Part shown: piece by piece, positions 39,291 to 48,295 of the stretch
Layout: every line of letters begins with the position of its first letter
How positions within the stretch are numbered: the first letter of the stretch is position 1
NCBI GenBank assembly: GCA_045127235.1
Contig: JBGVPY010000022.1
Span: 102,889-166,888 of the forward strand
Direction: 5' to 3'
Origin: Eubacteriales bacterium
GTDB lineage: Bacteria; Bacillota; Clostridia; Oscillospirales; CAG-272
DNA length: 64,000 nt
The notes under the pieces: model-generated
Told to the model about the DNA's origin: nothing
Databases searched by the model: none
Seen by the model: the letters and a program-made list of their open reading frames with translations, nothing else
Translations under genes and position numbers: made by a program

Positions 39291-39415
39291 CATATTTATT
39301 AAAAAAATATTAAATTGTGATAAGGGTAAAAAATAGCCTATAAAATAATAAAATATTATTTACTTTATATAAAAAGTATGGTATAATATACCGTGAATTG
39401 GTAGGTGATTTTTGT

Positions 39416-40126
39416 ATGCGTCTTGATAAATTTTTATCTAACATGGGAAAGGCCTCGCGAAGCGAAAGCGGCAGGCTTGCACGATGCGGTAAAATTACGG
39501 TAAACGGCGTTATTGTAAAAAAAGCAGATATACATATTGATGAAAGCAAGGATATTATATGTGTAAATGGCGTTACTGTAAATTATAAAAAATACGCTTA
39601 CATTATGTTAAATAAGCCTGAGGGATATGTTAGCGCAACTGATGATGACAGAGAAAAAACCGTCCTTGATTTGTTGCCTGATGAGGAAAGAAGGCTAAAT
39701 TTATTCCCTTGTGGAAGGCTTGACAAAAACACCTTGGGTTTAGTTATTTTAACTAACGATGGGGATAGCGCACATAAATGTCTTTCTCCCAAGCACCATG
39801 TGGACAAGATATATAAATTTGAGTGTAAGCTCCCTCTCACTTACGAAAATGTGCAAGCCCTTGAAAAGGGCGTTGACATTGGCGGATATTTAACTAAGCC
39901 ATGTAAAATTTCAATGTATAATGAGACAAGCGGAGAAATTACGCTTACTGAGGGAAAATATCATCAAATTAAGCGTATGCTTGAGGCGGTTGATAATAAG
40001 ATAACATATCTTGAAAGAATAACATTTGGCGGTATTAAGCTTGATAGCTCCTTAGCGCGTGGAGAATGGCGATATTTAACCGCAGATGAGGAAGCACTGT
40101 TTATAAACGGTGGCAATAAAGGATAA
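39416..40126 (+). CDS. rsuA: 16S rRNA pseudouridine synthase, RsuA/RluB family (S4 domain + catalytic domain)
   Basis: S4 domain MRLDKFLSNMGKASRSE; catalytic block FPCGRLDKNTLGLVILTNDG; also KYHQIKRM. The internal ATG at 39416 lies downstream of an extended -10 TGgTATAAT (39379-39388). Confidence 0.8.
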   Translation: MRLDKFLSNMGKASRSESGRLARCGKITVNGVIVKKADIHIDESKDIICVNGVTVNYKKYAYIMLNKPEGYVSATDDDREKTVLDLLPDEERRLNLFPCGRLDKNTLGLVILTNDGDSAHKCLSPKHHVDKIYKFECKLPLTYENVQALEKGVDIGGYLTKPCKISMYNETSGEITLTEGKYHQIKRMLEAVDNKITYLERITFGGIKLDSSLARGEWRYLTADEEALFINGGNKG

Positions 40127-40129
40127 AAG

Positions 40130-41200
40130 ATGAAAAAATATATTTTACCAAGCAATGTGAATTGGTACAGAGCAAACATGCACTGCCATTCAAACATATC
40201 TGATGGCAGCTTTACGCCTGATAAAATTAAAAAGGTGTATAAGGAAATGGGATATTCTATTGTGGCTTTTACCGACCATGATATTTTGCTTGACCATTCA
40301 TATTTAAATGATGATAGCTTTTTAGCTATTACTTCAAGTGAATATACCGTATATGCTGATGGCACTTATTATCCCAAGCTATATAACGGCGAATTTGAGG
40401 ATGAGCAAACAAAGATAGATGATGATTGGCGCAGAAGTAAGGTAATGCACCTTTGTGTTTATTCTAAGGACCAACACAATGAATTTCAAGTGGCAGCTGA
40501 TGAATATTCATTATGGCCACAAAGAGGTAAATGGAGAAACACAGGAAAATGCGATGGGTATCACAGAAGCTTTTCAGCCGAAAGCATCAATGAAGCAATT
40601 AGGCGACTTAATAAGGCGGGCTTTTTCGTTCAGTTAAATCATCCAAACTGGTCTCTTAATGAGCATGATGATTACATAAATTTAAAGGGGCTTTGGTCAG
40701 TTGAAATTTTCAACTATGCAAATGAAAGATTAACAGGTGCTGAATACTGTCCTTACATATATGACGATATGGTACGAAACGGCATGTATAATTTAAAATG
40801 CACTATGGGAGATGACAATCACAACAGCGGTGGCGAAACGGAATTATGCTTTGGCGGCTCTACATTTTTTGGCGCGACCGAGCTAACATACGATAACATT
40901 ATTGAATGTATGGAAAAGGGTAATTTTTACTGTGCAAGCGGTAAAAATCCGCCTCAGATTAAAGCTCTTTATGTTGAGGACAATATAATTAAGGTTGACT
41001 GCTCTTCTGCTACCGATGTTTTCATAACGGGGTACTCCAGAAGATTTAGACATGTAAGCGGAGAGGATATTACTCATGCTGAGTTTAGATTAAGGCCTGA
41101 GGATGTGTTCTTCCGTATTACTGTAAGAGATAAGTATGGCAACAATGCTCATACTAATTATTATAATGTGAAAGATTTTTATGAGGAGATAAATAAATAA
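40130..41200 (+). CDS. PHP-domain metal-dependent phosphoesterase paralog 1 (CehA/McbA- or TrpH-like)
   Basis: NWYRANMHCHSNISDG (HxH..SDG), AFTDHD, QLNHPNWS, MGDDNHN, and C-terminal FRITVRDKYGNNAHT. Starts 3 nt after the rsuA stop. Confidence 0.7.
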   Translation: MKKYILPSNVNWYRANMHCHSNISDGSFTPDKIKKVYKEMGYSIVAFTDHDILLDHSYLNDDSFLAITSSEYTVYADGTYYPKLYNGEFEDEQTKIDDDWRRSKVMHLCVYSKDQHNEFQVAADEYSLWPQRGKWRNTGKCDGYHRSFSAESINEAIRRLNKAGFFVQLNHPNWSLNEHDDYINLKGLWSVEIFNYANERLTGAEYCPYIYDDMVRNGMYNLKCTMGDDNHNSGGETELCFGGSTFFGATELTYDNIIECMEKGNFYCASGKNPPQIKALYVEDNIIKVDCSSATDVFITGYSRRFRHVSGEDITHAEFRLRPEDVFFRITVRDKYGNNAHTNYYNVKDFYEEINK

Positions 41201-42246
41201 TGAAAAAGTACATTATTTCACCTGAGCTTAATTGGTACAGAGCGAACATGCACTGCCACACAACTGTTTCCGATGGACACTATTCCCCTGAGGAAATTAA
41301 AAAGCATTACAAGGAAATGGGATATTCTATTGTGGCTTATACGGACCACGAGATTATTCGTACACACAACGATTTAACCGATGATGAGTTCTTAGCAATT
41401 ACATCAAGTGAATTTTCCATAAACGATAACAAGCCATGCTTTGATATTCCAGAAGGAAAATACATGGAAGGCTGGCGTTCAAAGAAGGTTCTTCATTTTG
41501 GTGTTTATTCTAAGGACCCTAATAATACTTTCCATCCCGCAACAGGCGAGGGTACATTTAACTGGTGGAAGAGCCAAGGCAAGGATATGAATGGCATAGC
41601 CGTTGATGGATATGAGCGTGTATATACCCTTGAAAGCATAAATGAAACAATAAAAAGACTTAACGATAACGGATTTTTAGTTTCATTAAACCATCCAAAC
41701 TGGTCCCTTAACGATATGGATGATTACCTTAACATTAAAGGACTTTGGTCCCTTGAAATTTTAAACTATGCAACTGAAAGATTAACAGGTGCTGAATACT
41801 GTCCTTACATTTACGATCACATGGTAAGAGGCGGTAACCTTAATTTATTCTGCAATATGGGCGATGATAACCACAACCGTGGTGGCAGTCTTGACCATTC
41901 ATTTGGTGGCTCTACAATTATCGGAGCTAAGGAGTTAAAGTACGAGCAAATTATGAGTGCGCTTGAAAATGGTGAATTCTACTGTGCAAGCGGTAAAAAC
42001 CCACCTAAGATTAATGCTCTTTATGTTGAGGATAACGTAATTAAGGTTGACTGTTCTCCTGCCGTTGATGTAATTGTAACAGGCTTAGGCAGAAATTTCC
42101 GTCCTTACAACACTGACGGAAAAGAGGTTACTCATGCTGAATTCAAGATTGATAAGCAGGATATTATGTTCCGTGTTACTGTAAGAGATAAATACGGCAA
42201 CAACGCTCACACACATTACTACAAGGTTGATGATTTTATAAGCTAA
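41200..42246 (+). CDS. PHP-domain metal-dependent phosphoesterase paralog 2
   Basis: Same motif set (NWYRANMHCHTTVSDG, AYTDHE, SLNHPNWS, MGDDNHN). 1-nt TAATG overlap with paralog 1. Confidence 0.7.
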   Translation: MKKYIISPELNWYRANMHCHTTVSDGHYSPEEIKKHYKEMGYSIVAYTDHEIIRTHNDLTDDEFLAITSSEFSINDNKPCFDIPEGKYMEGWRSKKVLHFGVYSKDPNNTFHPATGEGTFNWWKSQGKDMNGIAVDGYERVYTLESINETIKRLNDNGFLVSLNHPNWSLNDMDDYLNIKGLWSLEILNYATERLTGAEYCPYIYDHMVRGGNLNLFCNMGDDNHNRGGSLDHSFGGSTIIGAKELKYEQIMSALENGEFYCASGKNPPKINALYVEDNVIKVDCSPAVDVIVTGLGRNFRPYNTDGKEVTHAEFKIDKQDIMFRVTVRDKYGNNAHTHYYKVDDFIS

Positions 42247-43296
42247 ATGAAAAAATATATTATTTCACCTGAGCTTAATTGGTATAGAGCAAATATGCAC
42301 TGCCATACAACAATTTCCGATGGTTATTTTTCTCCAAAAGAAATTAAGGAAAAATACAAGGAAATGGGCTACTCTATTGTAGCATATTCTGATCATGAGC
42401 TTATAAGGGATCATTCTTATTTAAATGATGATGACTTTTTAGCGATTACTTCAAGCGAGTTTTCTGTTGATGATACTGCTCCATCATTTGATTTACCGAA
42501 TAGTGTCGGGGATAATGATTGGTGTGCAAGAAAGGTAGTTCACTTAGGTGTTTACTCTAAAAATCCGCATAATACATTCCACCCCGCAACAGACAACACT
42601 CTTTTTGATATGTGGTGGAGAGCGCAAGGCAGAGACATTGGCGAGATAGAATGCGATAATTATCACAGAGAATATACAATTGAAGGTATAAACGAAATGA
42701 TAAGAAGGCTTAATGAAAACGGATTTTTAGTTTCATTAAACCATCCAAACTGGTCTCTTAACGATATGGATGATTACCTTAATTTTAAAGGGCTTTGGTC
42801 CCTTGAAATTTTAAACTATGCAACTGAAAGGTCAACCGGTGCTGAATACTGTCCTTATATTTATGACCATATGGTAAGACAGGGTAACTTCAATTTATTC
42901 TGCAATATGGGCGATGATAACCACAACCGTGGTGGCAGTCTTGACCATTCATTTGGTGGCTCTACTATTATTGGCGCTAAAGAATTAAAGTACGATCAAA
43001 TTATGAATGCACTTGAAAAGGGAGAATTTTACTGTGCAAGCGGTAAAAATCCACCTAAGATTAATGCTCTTTATGTTGAGGATAATATAATTAAGGTTGA
43101 TTGCTCACCTGCTACTGATGTAATTGTAACAGGCTTAGGCAGAAACTTCCGTCCTTATATTACAGAGGATTATGAGTTTACACATGCGGAATTTAAGCTT
43201 GACAAGCAAGATATTATGTTCCGTGTTACTGTAAGAGATAAATACGGCAATAATGCTCATACACATTACTACAAGGTTGATGATTTTTTAAGCTAA
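42247..43296 (+). CDS. PHP-domain metal-dependent phosphoesterase paralog 3
   Basis: Same motif set. Starts immediately after the stop of paralog 2. The 3' half is nearly identical to paralog 2 at nucleotide level. Confidence 0.7.
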   Translation: MKKYIISPELNWYRANMHCHTTISDGYFSPKEIKEKYKEMGYSIVAYSDHELIRDHSYLNDDDFLAITSSEFSVDDTAPSFDLPNSVGDNDWCARKVVHLGVYSKNPHNTFHPATDNTLFDMWWRAQGRDIGEIECDNYHREYTIEGINEMIRRLNENGFLVSLNHPNWSLNDMDDYLNFKGLWSLEILNYATERSTGAEYCPYIYDHMVRQGNFNLFCNMGDDNHNRGGSLDHSFGGSTIIGAKELKYDQIMNALEKGEFYCASGKNPPKINALYVEDNIIKVDCSPATDVIVTGLGRNFRPYITEDYEFTHAEFKLDKQDIMFRVTVRDKYGNNAHTHYYKVDDFLS

Positions 43297-43319
43297 GCAA
43301 ATAAATCAAGGAGATTAAA

Positions 43320-44366
43320 ATGAAAAAATACTTATTACCCGATGGCGTAAATTGGTATAGAGCCAATTTTCACTGTCATACGGTTCATTCAGATGGCGCT
43401 TACACTCCCGAAAAGGTAAAGGAAGTGTATAAAAATCACGGTTACTCAATAGTTGCTTATACTGACCATGATGTGCTTTTAGATCATTCCGATTTAAATG
43501 ATGAGGGATTTTTGGCACTTACAAGCTGTGAATATGCGGTAAATGAAGCGACGCCTAAATTTCCAAAAATTTTTGACACAGAAACGGGCGAATGGCAGAG
43601 AAAAAAATGCGTGCATTTGAACATATTTGCTAAGGAGCAGCATAACACATTTATGCCTGCAACTGCTGTTGAGCAGCAATGGATATTAAAAAACCGTTAT
43701 CCTGACACAAAATGCGATGGGTACTTCCGTGAATATTCTAAGGAAGGAATAAATGAAATTATTAAGCGTTGCAATGATGCAGGATTTTTGGTGCAATTAA
43801 ACCATCCCTATTGGTCTTTAAATGAGCGTGAGGACTATATCAACATGGAAGGTCTTTGGGGACTTGAAATTCTCAACTATGCAACTGAGCTTGAAACAGG
43901 AAGCGAATACTGTCCTTACATATATGATGATATGGTAAGAAACGGTATGTTCAATCTTGTTTGCACAATGGGTGATGATAATCACAATCACGGAGACAGC
44001 GTAAGAGAATCCTTTGGTGGTTCAACATTTATCGGTGCTTCGGAATTAAAGTATGATAAAATTATTGAGGCTATGGAAAAGGGACATATTTACTGTGCAA
44101 GCGGTAGAGATAATCCGCCTCAATTTAAGTCCTTATATGTTGAGGATAACAAAATTCACATTGAATGCACGCCTGTTGAAAACATTGTAATTAACGGCTA
44201 TGGCAGAAATGACAGACATATAACCGCTCCCGAAAATGAGACTATTACAAGTGCGGTGTTTGATTTAAGAGAGGGCGATGTTTACTTTAGAGTTACAATT
44301 CGTGATAAATTTGGAAATAACGCACACACTCACACATATTTCGTAAAGGATTACTTAGAAAAGTAA
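43320..44366 (+). CDS. PHP-domain metal-dependent phosphoesterase paralog 4
   Basis: NWYRANFHCHTVHSDG, AYTDHD, QLNHPYWS, MGDDNHN, FRVTIRDKFGNNAHT. RBS AAGGAGA. Confidence 0.7.
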   Translation: MKKYLLPDGVNWYRANFHCHTVHSDGAYTPEKVKEVYKNHGYSIVAYTDHDVLLDHSDLNDEGFLALTSCEYAVNEATPKFPKIFDTETGEWQRKKCVHLNIFAKEQHNTFMPATAVEQQWILKNRYPDTKCDGYFREYSKEGINEIIKRCNDAGFLVQLNHPYWSLNEREDYINMEGLWGLEILNYATELETGSEYCPYIYDDMVRNGMFNLVCTMGDDNHNHGDSVRESFGGSTFIGASELKYDKIIEAMEKGHIYCASGRDNPPQFKSLYVEDNKIHIECTPVENIVINGYGRNDRHITAPENETITSAVFDLREGDVYFRVTIRDKFGNNAHTHTYFVKDYLEK

Positions 44367-44428
44367 TTTACGATTTTAAAACATAATTAAATTGAAACAA
44401 AATTTTTGCAAAAACGGAGAAAAAGAAA

Positions 44429-46594
44429 ATGGATATTATTAATGAACTTGCTAAAGAATTAAATTTAAAGGTAGGACAGGTTGAAGCTACTGTTGCCCTT
44501 ATTGATGAGGGTAATACAATTCCTTTCATTGCGCGTTACAGAAAAGAGGTTACAGGCTCACTTGACGATACTGTACTTCGTACACTTGATGAAAGACTTA
44601 AGTATCTTCGCAACCTTGAAGCAAGAAAGGAAGAGGTTCGCGCGCTTATTGACGGTCAAGGTAAATTAACTCCTGAAATTGAGGAAGCGCTTAAGAATGC
44701 TACTATTTTAACTGAGGTTGAGGATATATATAGACCTTACAAGCCTAAGAGAGAAACCAGAGCTTCTCTTGCAAGAAAGAAGGGTCTTGAGCCACTTGCT
44801 CAGCTTATTATGGAGCAAAGAGACGCTTACGAGAAGGAGCTTATGGTTATTGCTGAGGATTACATCAACGTAAGTGATGACCTTGACAAGAAATTGGTTG
44901 TTGCAACTGCTGAGGATGCAATTAACGGCGCTAAGGATATTATCGCTGAGGACATTTCAGATAATGCTGATTTTAGAAAGGCTATAAGAAAATTAACATT
45001 TGATCACGGTATGATTGTTTCTAAGCAAAACAAGGAAGAAGATTCAGTTTACGCGTCATACTATGATTATAATGAAAGCATCAAGAAAATTCCGGGACAC
45101 CGTGTTCTTGCTATTAACAGAGGCGAAAAGGAAGAATTCTTAAAGGTTGATGTTCAAATTGAAAGCGAAATCATTTTAAATTATCTATTTTCACATATAA
45201 TTACTAATTCATCAAGCCCCGCAAAGGAATATATTGCGGCTGCTATCGTTGACGGCTATGACAGACTTATTGCTCCTTCTATTGAAAGAGAAATTCGTAC
45301 TGAGTTATTTGACAATGCTTCTGAGGGCGCTATTAAGCTATTCTCTGATAACTTAAAGAACCTTTTAATGGGTGCGCCACTTAAGGGTAAAACTGTTCTT
45401 GGTTATGACCCAGGCTACAGAACAGGATGTAAGCTTGCAGTTGTAGATAAGACGGGTAAGGTTATTGACACAGCGGTTATTTATCCTACAAAGCCAAAGG
45501 AAGACATTGAGGGCTCAAAGAAAATCGTTACTAAGCTTATTAAGAAATACGGCGTTGACGTTGTTGCTATCGGCAACGGTACTGCTTCTAAGGAAAGTGA
45601 AATCTTTATTGCTAATACGCTTAAGGAAATTGACGGCGACAGAAAGTATATTATGGTAAGTGAAGCAGGTGCTTCAGTTTATTCTGCTTCTAAGCTTGGC
45701 GCAGAGGAATTCCCAGACTTTGATGTAACACAGCGTTCCGCTGTATCTATTGCAAGACGCTTACAGGACCCACTTGCTGAGCTTGTTAAGATTGACCCTA
45801 AGTCTATTGGTGTTGGTCAATATCAGCACGATATGAAACCTGCAAGACTTGATGAGGCTCTTGGTGGCGTTGTTGAGGATTGCGTTAACCGTATTGGCGT
45901 TGATATAAATACGGCTTCATATTCACTTCTCTCTTACATTTCAGGTATCAATACAGCTTCTGCAAAGAATATTGTAAAATACCGCGAGGAAAATGGCGAA
46001 TTTACCAAGAGAAGTCAGCTTCTTAAGGTGCCAAAGATTGGTGCTAAGGCATATCAACAATGTGCAGGCTTCTTAAGAGTTCCCGACTCAAAGGAAATTC
46101 TTGATAACACAGGCGTACACCCTGAAGCATACGATGCTACAAAAGCATTACTTGCTAAGTTTGATTACACTCTTGAAAGCGTTGGCAGCGGTCTTGGCGA
46201 TATTAGAGCTAAGTGTACAAGATACGGCACAAAGAAGCTCAGCGAGGAGCTTGAAATTGGCGAGCCAACATTGCTTGATATTATCGGAGAGCTTGAAAAG
46301 CCCGGTCGTGATGTTCGTGATTCTTTACCACTTCCTATTCTCCGTGATGATGTTCTTGGTATGGAAGATTTAAAGGAAGGCATGATTATGACAGGCACTG
46401 TTAGAAATGTTATTGACTTTGGTGCGTTTGTCGATATTGGCGTGCATCAAGACGGTCTTGTTCACGTATCTGAAATTTCCGAAAAGTACATTAAGCATCC
46501 ATCTGAGGCGCTTAGCGTTGGCGATATCGTAACTGTTAAGATTAAGAGTGTTGATGTAAATAAGAAGCGAATCGGTCTTACAATGAAACTTTAA
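44429..46594 (+). CDS. tex: Tex-like transcription accessory protein (YqgF/HhH/S1 domains)
   Basis: 721 aa. N-terminal IPFIARYRKE block, YqgF-like GxDPGxRTGCK, and a C-terminal S1 domain (GMIMTGTVRNVIDFGAFVDIGVHQDGLVHVSEIS). Confidence 0.9.
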   Translation: MDIINELAKELNLKVGQVEATVALIDEGNTIPFIARYRKEVTGSLDDTVLRTLDERLKYLRNLEARKEEVRALIDGQGKLTPEIEEALKNATILTEVEDIYRPYKPKRETRASLARKKGLEPLAQLIMEQRDAYEKELMVIAEDYINVSDDLDKKLVVATAEDAINGAKDIIAEDISDNADFRKAIRKLTFDHGMIVSKQNKEEDSVYASYYDYNESIKKIPGHRVLAINRGEKEEFLKVDVQIESEIILNYLFSHIITNSSSPAKEYIAAAIVDGYDRLIAPSIEREIRTELFDNASEGAIKLFSDNLKNLLMGAPLKGKTVLGYDPGYRTGCKLAVVDKTGKVIDTAVIYPTKPKEDIEGSKKIVTKLIKKYGVDVVAIGNGTASKESEIFIANTLKEIDGDRKYIMVSEAGASVYSASKLGAEEFPDFDVTQRSAVSIARRLQDPLAELVKIDPKSIGVGQYQHDMKPARLDEALGGVVEDCVNRIGVDINTASYSLLSYISGINTASAKNIVKYREENGEFTKRSQLLKVPKIGAKAYQQCAGFLRVPDSKEILDNTGVHPEAYDATKALLAKFDYTLESVGSGLGDIRAKCTRYGTKKLSEELEIGEPTLLDIIGELEKPGRDVRDSLPLPILRDDVLGMEDLKEGMIMTGTVRNVIDFGAFVDIGVHQDGLVHVSEISEKYIKHPSEALSVGDIVTVKIKSVDVNKKRIGLTMKL

Positions 46595-46617
46595 TCAGTT
46601 CTATGAATATAAAAAAT

Positions 46618-46674
46618 AGGCTCGCCTAACCTTTGGGGCACTAAAATAGTGTTGCCCGAGGGTATGACGAACCT
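46618..46674 (+). other. GC-rich two-tier hairpin in the tex 3' flank (structured RNA or REP-like element; no U-tract)
   Basis: Outer stem AGGcTCG/CGAaCCT, symmetric 5x5 internal loop, inner stem CCTTTGGG/CCCGAGGG around a ~17-nt loop. Confidence 0.35.
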
Positions 46675-46761
46675 GTACACTCAGTATAGCAGAGCTTTTG
46701 CGTGATGTCAAGTGTATTTAATGACACTATTTAAAATATGTTTACGAGTGTTTTGATTTAT

Positions 46762-46797
46762 AATGCAAATTGCCTCATTTTTGAGGTGATTTGCATT
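46762..46797 (+). terminator. Long hairpin, possible distal terminator of tex or of a small transcript
   Basis: AATGCAAATtgCCTC-attttt-GAGGtgATTTGCATT (about 15 bp plus 2 G-U pairs). The downstream tract is only weakly T-rich. Confidence 0.4.
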
Positions 46798-46918
46798 ATT
46801 GTCAAATTAAACAAAAAACGGGGCGAGTGTAAAAAAGCATAGCGCGTTTTTGTGCAAAATATACAAAATAGCTATATAAAGTTTGTGCAAAAAAACTATT
46901 TATTTTTTTACAGTTATC

Positions 46919-46927
46919 TGTTATAAT
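46919..46927 (+). promoter_or_regulatory. Extended -10 promoter element upstream of msmX
   Basis: TGtTATAAT ~95 nt upstream of the ATG at 47024. No good -35 hexamer. Confidence 0.4.
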
Positions 46928-47023
46928 ATTATCGTATAAAAGTATGTCTAAATTACATATAAAAACACAGTTAGGCTTGTTTTAGAGCCTTAATTTTACG
47001 CCTAAAGGCAAGGAGATTTTAAA

Positions 47024-48136
47024 ATGGCAGGTTTATCACTTAAGCACATCTACAAGAAATATCCAGGCGGCGTTACAGCCGTATCAGACTTCTGTCTTGA
47101 AATCAAGGATAAGGAATTTATCATTTTCGTTGGTCCTTCAGGATGCGGTAAGTCAACTACTCTTCGTATGATCGCAGGTCTTGAAGAAATCACAGAAGGA
47201 GAGCTTTACATAGGTGATAAGCTTATGAACGATATCGCTCCTAAGGATAGAGATATTGCGATGGTTTTCCAAAACTATGCTCTTTATCCACATATGACAG
47301 TATATGAAAACATGGCGTTCGGTCTTAAATTAAGAAAGACACCAAAGGAAGAAATTAAGCGTAGAGTTGAAGAGGCTGCTGAAATCCTCGGTATCACTCA
47401 ATTACTTGACAGAAAGCCAAAGGCTATGTCAGGTGGTCAGAAACAGCGTGTTGCTTTAGGCCGTGCTATCGTTAGAAATCCTAAGGTATTCTTACTTGAC
47501 GAACCACTTTCAAACCTTGACGCTAAGCTCCGTGCAACAATGAGAACTGAGCTTACAAAGATTCACCAAAAGGTTGGTACAACATTCGTATATGTAACCC
47601 ACGACCAGGTTGAGGCTATGACAATGGCTACACGTATCGTAGTTATGAAGGACGGTCTTATCCAACAGGTTGATACTCCACAAAATCTTTACGATAAGCC
47701 AACTAACATGTTCGTTGCCGGATTTATCGGTACACCACAAATGAACTTCATCAACGCTAAGCTTGACAAGAAGGCTGATGGTGTTTATGTTGAATTTGAG
47801 GGCCACTCACTTAAGCTTCCAGAGGATAAGGGTAATGATCCTGCTCTTAGATACTACATGGGTAAAGAGGTTATTATCGGTATTCGTCCTGAATGTATTC
47901 ATGACGAGGAAATCTTCCTTAACTCAATGAAGGACAATGTAATTGATGTTGATGTTGACGTTACTGAGCTTATGGGTGCTGAAATTTACCTTTACCTCTC
48001 TGTTGGCGAGCAAGCTGCTACTGCAAGAGTTTCTTCTCGTTCACAAGCTAGAGCCGGCGACAAGATTAAGGTTGCTGTTGAGGTTTCAAGAATCCATATC
48101 TTTGATAAGGATACTCAAAAGTGCATCGTTCACTAA
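47024..48136 (+). CDS. msmX: Multiple-sugar ABC transporter ATPase (MsmX/MalK/UgpC type), orphan
   Basis: Walker A GPSGCGKST, signature MSGGQKQRVALGRAI, FLLDEPLSNLDAKLR, and a C-terminal TOBE-like regulatory domain. RBS AAGGAGA. No adjacent permease genes. Confidence 0.85.
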   Translation: MAGLSLKHIYKKYPGGVTAVSDFCLEIKDKEFIIFVGPSGCGKSTTLRMIAGLEEITEGELYIGDKLMNDIAPKDRDIAMVFQNYALYPHMTVYENMAFGLKLRKTPKEEIKRRVEEAAEILGITQLLDRKPKAMSGGQKQRVALGRAIVRNPKVFLLDEPLSNLDAKLRATMRTELTKIHQKVGTTFVYVTHDQVEAMTMATRIVVMKDGLIQQVDTPQNLYDKPTNMFVAGFIGTPQMNFINAKLDKKADGVYVEFEGHSLKLPEDKGNDPALRYYMGKEVIIGIRPECIHDEEIFLNSMKDNVIDVDVDVTELMGAEIYLYLSVGEQAATARVSSRSQARAGDKIKVAVEVSRIHIFDKDTQKCIVH

Positions 48137-48143
48137 TAAATAT

Positions 48144-48179
48144 AAATACACACTCTTACCGAGTGTGTATTTTGTTTTT
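48144..48179 (+). terminator. Rho-independent terminator of msmX
   Basis: AAATACACACTC-ttacc-GAGTGTGTATTT followed by TGTTTTT. Confidence 0.85.
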
Positions 48180-48295
48180 GATTTCATATTGTTTTTTATG
48201 TTTTTGTATTGACTTTTTTTAAATAACTGTTATAATGTTATATGTATATATTATATATTATAATACGTTAAGCTAATGGCAAAATGAGGTTTTTT

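Noticed and set aside
39310-39549. 79-aa minus-strand ORF spanning the divergent promoter region and the rsuA start.
   Set aside because: It overlaps the rsuA promoter and 5' coding region, has no RBS, and has an AT-rich-derived hydrophobic/low-complexity composition. Likely spurious.
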